This document shows positions 57,288 to 64,000 of a DNA stretch of 64,000 bases, piece after piece. The number at the start of each line of letters is the position of its first letter. The first letter of the stretch is position 1. Source of the stretch: Clostridia bacterium (GTDB taxonomy: Bacteria > Bacillota > Clostridia > TANB77 > CAG-508). Both the position numbers and the translations under genes were made by a program. The DNA lies in assembly GCA_017458285.1 (NCBI GenBank), contig JAFTFU010000004.1:52561-116560 (forward strand), given 5' to 3'. Below the pieces are notes generated by a model, which saw nothing but the letters and a program-made list of their open reading frames with translations, searched no databases and was not told the origin of the DNA.

Positions 57288-57316
57288 CCCTTATATACGT
57301 TATGTATATAGGGGGC
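57286..57316 (+). terminator. rho-independent terminator of the radical SAM cassette
   Basis: 12-bp stem gccccttatata / tatatagggggc with a 7-nt loop, followed by TTTAATTT. Confidence 0.75.
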
Positions 57317-57321
57317 TTTAA

Positions 57322-57373
57322 TTTGACTCTTTTTTTTTTTTTGTTACTATAAAAGAAAAAAGGAGTTGAAAAT
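57322..57373 (+). promoter_or_regulatory. conserved promoter/5'-leader cassette (copy 2) TTTGACTC-T13-GTTACTATAAAAGAAAAAAGGAGTTGAAAAT-ATG
   Basis: Nearly identical to the reverse complement of 6972-7030. Confidence 0.45.
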
Positions 57374-57811
57374 ATGGCGACAGCATTTTTAGGTTTACCA
57401 ACTGTTACAACTGGTACTTTAATTAAAGCATCTGATTGGAATAGTATGGTAAATAAAATAGATGCGGCTATAAAGAAAATTATGGTTGTTGAACATTTAC
57501 ATGAATTTGGAATTATAGAAATGAATAATACTTCTGAGAGTAAGACAATATCTTTACCATCGGCGACCGTAAAAGGATATTTTAAACTTGCAACTGCTCA
57601 CCCTCCAGATAGCAATGCTGTGATAGATATTCCTTTAAGGCAAGCAATTTCTAGTGTATCAATACCTACTACGAAGACTTTAGGTTGTACAGCAGCAATA
57701 ACATATCCATCAACTACTTCTTGTACTATATCAGCATCTCGAAACGGCGGCACAGGAAGTTATACTAGCTTGTATTATTGGGTATATATATATGAAGTCA
57801 TGTCAGTATAA
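57374..57811 (+). CDS. hypothetical small protein (N-terminal LIKASDWNSMVNKI motif shared with the Cys-rich protein and 6426..6971)
   Basis: Intact 145-aa ORF with no TAG. A bidirectional terminator lies downstream. Confidence 0.75.
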   Translation: MATAFLGLPTVTTGTLIKASDWNSMVNKIDAAIKKIMVVEHLHEFGIIEMNNTSESKTISLPSATVKGYFKLATAHPPDSNAVIDIPLRQAISSVSIPTTKTLGCTAAITYPSTTSCTISASRNGGTGSYTSLYYWVYIYEVMSV

Positions 57812-57906
57812 TATTTATATTTTTAAAGAAATTCTAAAAAATAAAATTGAGTAATATTTATTAAAATTACGATAGTTATAATAAATCTTTATATATGTAT
57901 ACATGT

Positions 57907-57940
57907 AAAAAATCCTCGTGCATAATGCACGAGGATTTTT
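57907..57940. terminator. bidirectional terminator
   Basis: aaaaatcctcgtgca / tgcacgaggattttt perfect stem. Confidence 0.8.
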
Positions 57941-57941
57941 A

Positions 57942-58712
57942 TTAACCATAATAGCCTCCATCGGGAGGGTCTCTGCGATATTGCCAATCTCTAGGACAAG
58001 TAACATTCATCCAACTGGGTCCGGAGCATTTTCCTTCATGAACACAACGAGCGCACTGCCTTCTTTTATATTCATCAACTTTTAACCAAGTTTCATAAGG
58101 CTTAATTTTAGTAACATCAGGTTCAACGCAAATATCATGTGGAGTAGTTCCTTCTTTAATCAAATGCGTATCTGTCCATTTAGTTTTCATCTCTTGGATA
58201 ATATCATTTAAATTACAAGGATAACAATCGTGAGCATCCATTGCAGTATTATACATCCAAAGATTATTCTCAAAGAAATGTTCTTTTTGATGAGTATGTC
58301 CAAAAAGATTAAGAGTCATTTGTTTTAAAAACTTATCATTATTCCCAGTGAGAGAAGGAAAATGACTCATATAAAAATGGTATCCCTGATGCTTTAGATA
58401 AATAGAATTTTTTGTTTCTACTACATTAGGAAGTTTAGAAAAAGCTTCCCATCTTTTATCTGTACAATGATTACCTCTAACTAAATGTAATTTTCCATTT
58501 ATTCTACTAATTAGATTTAAACCTTGTTCTAAACTTTTTTCTCCCCCTAAAAGAAGATCTCCTAATACATACAAATCATCTTCTGGTTTAACCAATTTAT
58601 TATTTCTTTTAATAATTTCTTCGTTCATTTCATTAACAGAAGAGAAATTTCGTGCTTTCCAAATAAATTCTCTATTGTGGCAAAAATGCCAATCACTTGT
58701 TATAAAAATCAT
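57942..58712 (-). CDS. calcineurin-like metallophosphoesterase with Cys-rich C-terminus
   Basis: SDWHFCHN, LGDLLLGG, GNHC and GHTH motifs. No TAG. Confidence 0.75.
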   Translation of the reverse strand: MIFITSDWHFCHNREFIWKARNFSSVNEMNEEIIKRNNKLVKPEDDLYVLGDLLLGGEKSLEQGLNLISRINGKLHLVRGNHCTDKRWEAFSKLPNVVETKNSIYLKHQGYHFYMSHFPSLTGNNDKFLKQMTLNLFGHTHQKEHFFENNLWMYNTAMDAHDCYPCNLNDIIQEMKTKWTDTHLIKEGTTPHDICVEPDVTKIKPYETWLKVDEYKRRQCARCVHEGKCSGPSWMNVTCPRDWQYRRDPPDGGYYG

Positions 58713-59367
58713 AAAACATCAATCCTTCATCTAAAGTGTCTGTTTTTGGAATTTCTTTCCAATGATAACCATAAGCTTTTTCAGTTATGCCATTTAGACA
58801 ACGTCTTATATTAGGATGTGCTGTCTTTTTTAAATATATATCTACATCAGCCATTGATTTGAAAACTAAATTTTTCTCTACTAATACAATATAACTTTTA
58901 ACAGGCTTTATTCCTAATGCTCGTTTAGATAATTCTTTATAGTTAATATTTTTAGAATTTAATGCTGTATATACTACCTAATCATAGATTTGAAAATATT
59001 GACAAGTTTTAGTTATTGAACAGCCATTTAATAAATAATAATTTACAATTTCATCGTAATTATATTTTGTATGACCTAAACCACCCAGGGCCGCATTATA
59101 TCCATTTTTAAAACTATTATAATGATTTATCCAAAATATTTCTCTTTCATTTAATTTTGAATTTTCACATTCCTCAATTTTTTCAATTATAAAATTCTAT
59201 TCACCATATTTATTAATCGCTAAATGTAAGGGAGCATTATGATCTTTATCCTACTCATTTTTTGCACTTTTACAATGGTCTAACCATCTGCGATGAATGG
59301 AATTTCTTGTCTATCCAATATATAATTTTTGATTTAATTTATTTGTAATTTTGTAAATAGAACCCAT
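58693..59367 (-). CDS. free-standing GIY-YIG homing endonuclease
   Basis: MGSIYKITNKLNQKLYIG(TAG)T .. AYGYHWKE. 225 codons. The end overlaps the phosphoesterase start. Confidence 0.8.
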
Positions 59368-59434
59368 ATTATAACACCTTCCTTTATAATACTTAAAAAA
59401 TATCACGATACGGTGTCATAAAACTGTCCAAAAC

Positions 59435-59959
59435 TTAGTCATTTACCATTTCTCCTATAATATGATAATTATAAGGGTCAAATGTCGGATTTGTAAAACT
59501 CTTATACATATTCTTTAAAACATCTTCTGGAACTCTAGCACGACCTTCACGCAAAGCATTTCTCTGTAAACAAGTTTCTAAAGAAGGATGAAAATAATAA
59601 ATATTTACATCAATCTTATCTAAACCATGAAGTGCATTTAAAAGTTTGCTACGAGAAGGCCAATGAAGATGCGTAGCATCTGCAATGGTATTCTTATGAT
59701 TAGAAATGCCTTCTTGAATTTCAGCAATATATTTACGCCAAACTTCTTTTTCTTTATTAAAATAAGAATCAGAATCTTTTAAAAGAGAAAATCTCACATC
59801 ATCCCGAGATACATATTTACAATCTTCCCAATGATTAAGAAGTTCTTTAGCTTTATGAGTTTTTCCCGATGCAGGACAACCTGACATAATCCAAAGACTC
59901 CTGGGCCTCCTCAGTAAAACTTCCATTATTAAACGCCTCCCTAAATTTAAATTCTTCAT
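59435..59959 (-). CDS. P-loop kinase (AAA_33 / polynucleotide-kinase-like)
   Basis: IMSGCPASGKTH Walker A; SRDDVR. The start is uncertain (59959 or 59926). Overlaps the upstream ORF by 70-107 nt. Confidence 0.65.
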   Translation of the reverse strand: MKNLNLGRRLIMEVLLRRPRSLWIMSGCPASGKTHKAKELLNHWEDCKYVSRDDVRFSLLKDSDSYFNKEKEVWRKYIAEIQEGISNHKNTIADATHLHWPSRSKLLNALHGLDKIDVNIYYFHPSLETCLQRNALREGRARVPEDVLKNMYKSFTNPTFDPYNYHIIGEMVND

Positions 59960-60122
59960 CTAAATTTCGTGTTTCTACATGATTGATTTCAGCTTTACAC
60001 CAAGGACACCACATCTTTTTACGATGGTCTTTTCCGTGTTGAAAACCAACCTTTCTACGGACTGGAATTCCACTTCGTCCGCAATTTATACACCAAAACT
60101 TATGTTCCTCATATTTAGCCAT
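59853..60122 (-). CDS. small zinc-ribbon protein
   Basis: CINCG..CPWC pair; RBS AGAGGTGG. The 3' end overlaps the kinase ORF in another frame. Confidence 0.55.
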   Translation of the reverse strand: MAKYEEHKFWCINCGRSGIPVRRKVGFQHGKDHRKKMWCPWCKAEINHVETRNLDEEFKFREAFNNGSFTEEAQESLDYVRLSCIGKNS

Positions 60123-60134
60123 ATTACCACCTCT

Positions 60135-60461
60135 TTAATGATTTGCCATATATTCTTCAAATTTATCAGAGTAATCATAGCCTTTATCAGGGCCAATCTT
60201 ATACCCTTCATCAATCATGGTTCCAATAGCCTTATAACAAACTCTATTAGTAGATTTCTGTTTGGCCTTAACGCAAAATCCCATCTCAACCATTTCATTT
60301 AAAAGCCTTGCGGCCTTCTGATTAGTAAGTCCCACAAGACGCATATCAAGAGCTTTCATTTCATCTATATTCATTTCTCTTGGATGTTCCATGAGTACAC
60401 AAGAAAGAATAGTTTTCATTTCACTATTAAAATCAGCAGAATACTTAGAACGACCTTTCAT
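60135..60461 (-). CDS. hypothetical protein (possible wHTH)
   Basis: Intact 108-aa ORF. Confidence 0.65.
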   Translation of the reverse strand: MKGRSKYSADFNSEMKTILSCVLMEHPREMNIDEMKALDMRLVGLTNQKAARLLNEMVEMGFCVKAKQKSTNRVCYKAIGTMIDEGYKIGPDKGYDYSDKFEEYMANH

Positions 60462-60643
60462 AAATTATCCTCCATAATAAAAATAATTCGTTCACAAAAA
60501 TTATCTTTTTCTTCTTTTGTAATTTTTTTCCATTTCCAGCACCAAGATATACGATCGCAAATCCAATCAATAGAATATTGTTTAACAGGTTTAAAATTTT
60601 CATATTCAGCAAGAGCTTTATTTAATTGTTTTGAATAGTCCAT
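60458..60643 (-). CDS. hypothetical small protein
   Basis: Intact 61-aa ORF; RBS AAAGGAGTGG; ATGA overlap with the next gene. Confidence 0.6.
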   Translation of the reverse strand: MDYSKQLNKALAEYENFKPVKQYSIDWICDRISWCWKWKKITKEEKDNFCERIIFIMEDNL

Positions 60644-60700
60644 AAATTACCACTCCTTTTCATTTTCTATATATATTATACTATAAATTTTTAAAAAAAT

Positions 60701-60737
60701 AAAATAAGTCTTCTATTTAACTAGAAGACTTATTTTT
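60701..60737. terminator. hairpin terminator
   Basis: aataagtcttcta / tagaagacttatt stem flanked by A and T runs. Confidence 0.7.
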
Positions 60738-60740
60738 TAT

Positions 60741-61124
60741 TTAATCCATTAATCTACAGAAAGGTACATAAAGAGAAGCTGAAAAACCAAGATTTTTCTC
60801 ATAATAAGCTCGACATTTTTCTTTTATGCAGGGTACAAATTCTTCTTCAGTCCACTCAGCATTTTTCATTTCAGTAACTACTTTTGGATTTAATTCGCTT
60901 TGATAATAATAAGCTGAAGTGATTTTACGAAATGGACAAAGTTTTACAGATCGTTTTTGAAAAGAAGATTTTTCAACTTTAGGATAATAATGTTCTAAGG
61001 CTTGTTCTACTCTAAATACTGGAATTAATTTTGAACCATTAGTATAACACTATTCTTTATCAATTATAGAATAATTTTCAAGAAAATCTTCTATTTTATT
61101 AGGGAAAGTCATAGAATCACTCAT
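60741..61124 (-). CDS. hypothetical protein
   Basis: ATG 61124 to TAA 60741-60743, 128 codons, one sense TAG. Confidence 0.6.
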
Positions 61125-61981
61125 TATTTTCTACCTCCTAAATAAGTTTTAGTAAATAATTTTCATTTAACTTATCATAATCAGTATAAGGAATTCTAAT
61201 TAAAGAAATATTTTTTATTTTACAATAATTATTTTTATATGTATCATATTCTTGAATATGTTTTAAACTTTTTTCTTTTTGCCCCCATCCAGAAAAATGC
61301 TGAGGTCCATCATACTCTATTAAGCATATTAACTAATCATTGTGGAAAATAGCATAATCGAAGTAGGCGAGTCGATTAGTTTGCGGGAAACGACAATCAT
61401 TAAAATAATATTGTGTTTTGAAGGATATGTTTAATTTAGTTAATAAGGTATTTATTTTTAACTCACCTTTAGATTTTAAACATCCACAAGACTAAGTATT
61501 ACCATTTGTTAAATTATAAGTTTGAATTTCTACAATGTTACCGCAATCACATTTACATTTTTTAGCATTTTTATTAAAAAGATTTTCTATGACAGTTAAT
61601 TTTCCGAAACGCTGCCCTACTAAATCTTTTTGTTCAAAGAACTATTCTTTAATGTGGCCGCAAGAAGTGGTATGATTAGAAGTTAAATAATCTGTTCTTA
61701 CTTCAATTTCTTTCCCACAAGAACATTTGCAAATCCATCGTGTATATTTATCATTACGTGCGGCTGCAGGTTTAATAGCAATCAATTCTCCAAATGACTA
61801 ATTAGTTAAATCTAGTTTTTTTTGTATTTGGCGCAATGCCCCATTCTTTTAAATTTTTCATAAGCGTTGGGCCAGAACAACCATATTCTTTACCTAATTT
61901 TTTTGATCCAATTTTTTTAATTGTATATTTATAAATTATATCTTGTTTTTCCTATTCAGTAAACGTTTTCTAAACAGACAT
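61117..61981 (-). CDS. free-standing homing endonuclease (HTH plus zinc-ribbon repeats plus PD-(D/E)xK-like), with a frame change at an A8 run
   Basis: MSV..GSKKLGKEYGCSGPTLMKNLKEWGIAPNTKK ends at TAA 61802-61804. The +1 frame after the A8 run (61816-61823) continues LDLTN(TAG)SFGELIAI..CKCSCG..TSCGH..CKCDCGN..SCGC..YFDYAIF..LIEYDGPQHF to TGA 61117-61119. Confidence 0.65.
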
Positions 61982-62013
61982 ATTTTACACATCCCTTCTA
62001 TTAAATATAAAAA

Positions 62014-62048
62014 TTTGAGGGCATCGCTAAAATAGTTTTGCCCTCAAA
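62014..62048 (-). terminator. rho-independent terminator after the RNA ligase gene
   Basis: tttgagggca / tgccctcaaa stem, followed by a T-run on the minus strand. Confidence 0.65.
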
Positions 62049-62053
62049 AAGTT

Positions 62054-63469
62054 TTACATTTCAGAAAGGATATCTTCGTCCATGCTTTCAATATCTTTTT
62101 CTGCCAAAGAATCTATGGCAACTCCGCTTAAACACTTGAAGTTAAAATTCTTATGTTTATAAGCGCAAAACTTAGGCTTATCAACAATTCTTACAACTAC
62201 GCCTTCTCTAATATGAGTTTTACCAATGGGGTCAGGACCATCATAAAATTCTTCGGCTTTCGCTTTAATCCAATCTCCAGCGGTACGATAATTATCTACA
62301 TTTACAGAAAAATCAGTGCGGTCATAATCAGAAGGAATAATACCTCTCCAAAGGATAGGAACAGATTCTACTCCCATCTGCTCACACCGATACCGCATAT
62401 AATCAGGTGGATACTCAACAACGTGACCATCTTCAGTAGTTTTAGTCATACGATATACAAAAAGACGAGACTGCGGCAGTTCTACTTCAAGAGCAAAATC
62501 ACCTTCATCATCCCTACCATAAAGTATTTTCTTACCATCGGGAGCACAACCATAAGAAAAAGTGGTAGTAGATCCGTACTGCTTAGAAAAAGCTTTATCA
62601 CTTACCTTACTATTGGATACCTGCGGCATAATAGGAGTTCCATTATTAGTAAATCCGCAAACTTCATAATAAACAGTTTCACCCTGGAATAGTTTACCTT
62701 GAAAAGCAAGCGCGTGCGGCTCACGGAAACTATTATCACCATAGTATCCGCCCTTTTCAAAATCATTAAGAACGGTTCTACGAGTACCAGTTACATAACC
62801 ATATTCATAGATAGGAGAACCCTCTCGCCGCAGAATGCGGTCCAGCAAAGTACGCTTATAGCCGGAAAGCTTGGGTAAATAACCAGTTCTTTGAGAAGTA
62901 CCATGTACCTTAAGAGTAATTTCAATTAAATCTCCTTGCTTAAAATCTCCAAGATGATAAGTAAGCTGTTCAGTATCAACATGCTGAGCAAAAAGAGGAG
63001 CAATATCTACAGTGGTCTTACGACCTTTATTACCCTGCGTTCCAGAATGTCTATTAGAACCTCTAGGAATATACTTACAACAAATATCATGACCGTTAAT
63101 TACATCAATATGATCGCCAATTTCAAATTTAGCTTCACCGGTATAAGCAAGAGATTCCAGAGGCATAAACAAACCTTCAGAACGCTCACCGCGTAACTTC
63201 ATTGCGCGAATATTACGCTTGTTAGGGTCAAGATAACCTCCAATATTATTACCATTTTCATCCTTTTTGCGCACGAGATTATTATAATCACAATACTCCT
63301 GGCTTAACTGAAGGTCAGTTGGGAAGAAAATACCAAAATCACCAAGCTGAACATCAAGTCCAACAATTACATTTTGTCCAAAAATAACCGCACACTGAAG
63401 TCTATCCGCATTAGAATGAGGATGAAGTTCATTAATTTTTACTACGTAACCACAATGCTCTGCGCTCAT
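62054..63469 (-). CDS. ATP-dependent RNA ligase (DRB0094/Rnl-like) with N-terminal OB / tRNA-binding-like domain
   Basis: N-terminus VVKINELHPHSNADRLQCAVIFG. Nucleotidyltransferase motif I ITLKVHGTS. Intact 471 aa, no TAG. Confidence 0.65.
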   Translation of the reverse strand: MSAEHCGYVVKINELHPHSNADRLQCAVIFGQNVIVGLDVQLGDFGIFFPTDLQLSQEYCDYNNLVRKKDENGNNIGGYLDPNKRNIRAMKLRGERSEGLFMPLESLAYTGEAKFEIGDHIDVINGHDICCKYIPRGSNRHSGTQGNKGRKTTVDIAPLFAQHVDTEQLTYHLGDFKQGDLIEITLKVHGTSQRTGYLPKLSGYKRTLLDRILRREGSPIYEYGYVTGTRRTVLNDFEKGGYYGDNSFREPHALAFQGKLFQGETVYYEVCGFTNNGTPIMPQVSNSKVSDKAFSKQYGSTTTFSYGCAPDGKKILYGRDDEGDFALEVELPQSRLFVYRMTKTTEDGHVVEYPPDYMRYRCEQMGVESVPILWRGIIPSDYDRTDFSVNVDNYRTAGDWIKAKAEEFYDGPDPIGKTHIREGVVVRIVDKPKFCAYKHKNFNFKCLSGVAIDSLAEKDIESMDEDILSEM

Positions 63470-63476
63470 AAATATA

Positions 63477-64000
63477 TCACTCCTTTATTAAATACTAATC
63501 TCCCATTATCATGTCTAAAGTTATGTTATTTAATTCCCAATATGGAATACGTACTAATGGAATATTATGCGTTAAAGCATATTTATTTTTTTGTTTATCA
63601 TAAATTTGTCTTTGCTAAAAAGATTGTTTAAAAATAGGAATATCTTTAAAATGCTATTCTCCATCAAATTCAATTAATCTTATTGGTTCATTGTTTTTGA
63701 ATAAAATAAAATCATATCGTAATTCTCTGCCATTATTTCCCATTAAATCTTTAAAATATGCTTTATTATATAAATATGAAATATTGTGTTCTTGTAGAAT
63801 AACTTCTATCTAAGATTCGCCGGCACTTTTATTTTTACATCCACAGGAAACAGTATTTCCTAATACTAAATCATGACTACTCACTAATTTAATATTTCCA
63901 CAAGCACACTAACATTTCCAAAGTGGACGATTATCATTATTTTTTATATTTGTTGCTTCTATAACTTTTAATTTTCCAAATGTTTGATTTAATAAATTTT
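63477..64000 (-). CDS. homing endonuclease of the zinc-ribbon plus PD-(D/E)xK-like family (5' end outside window)
   Basis: ..LLNQTFGKLKVI..C(TAG)CACGN..VSCGC..LRYDFILF..LIEFDGE(TAG)HF. TGA 63477-63479. Confidence 0.7.

Noticed and set aside
15880-57290. Checked the GC-rich islands (15900-16000, 22540-22670, 26280-26345, 44840-44935, 47030-47110, 57230-57290) for tRNA genes, especially a TAG suppressor.
   Set aside because: No cloverleaf with acceptor and T-arm features could be drawn by eye. All the islands are explained by intron cores or by the two-copy GC-rich element. A tRNAscan run on the full genome is still needed.

Overview
AT-rich (about 30% GC) fragment of a large tailed-phage genome with Firmicutes-style GGAGG ribosome-binding sites. 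TAG is read as a sense codon throughout, most likely Gln (code-15-like); only TAA and TGA terminate genes. Once TAG is read through, most of the short ORFs in the track fuse into normal full-length genes. Layout: 1-10.6 kb (+) holds the end of a giant tail-fibre gene, a holin and small late genes. 10.6-53.9 kb (-) holds a replication and nucleotide-metabolism module: RuvC, dUTPase, NrdG/NrdD, guanylate-kinase-like, Pol III alpha, Dda/RecD-like helicase, RecJ, primase, DnaB, Sak4-like ATPase, a possible ThyX-like protein, LigA, type IIA topoisomerase B and A subunits, RNase H, endolysin plus holin, and PIN-PhoH. 54.0-57.9 kb (+) is an oppositely oriented accessory cassette. 57.9-64 kb (-) is an RNA-repair-like set: metallophosphoesterase, P-loop kinase and RNA ligase. 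The region is heavily colonised by selfish elements. There are six T4-td-like group I introns (nrdD x1, Pol III alpha x2, ThyX-like x1, gyrB x2), all inserted at catalytic motifs, and 14 homing-endonuclease genes (9 GIY-YIG, 1 HNH, 4 zinc-ribbon plus PD-(D/E)xK-like). One of these endonucleases splits ligA into two ORFs without an intron. The most unusual locus is the + strand cassette: a perfect TTGACA-17-TATAAT promoter, two radical SAM/SPASM-type enzymes, and a 214-aa Cys-rich protein ending in 18 alternating Cys residues. It is followed by a GC-rich structured element that has a second copy at 26.2 kb. No tRNA, rRNA or CRISPR array was found.
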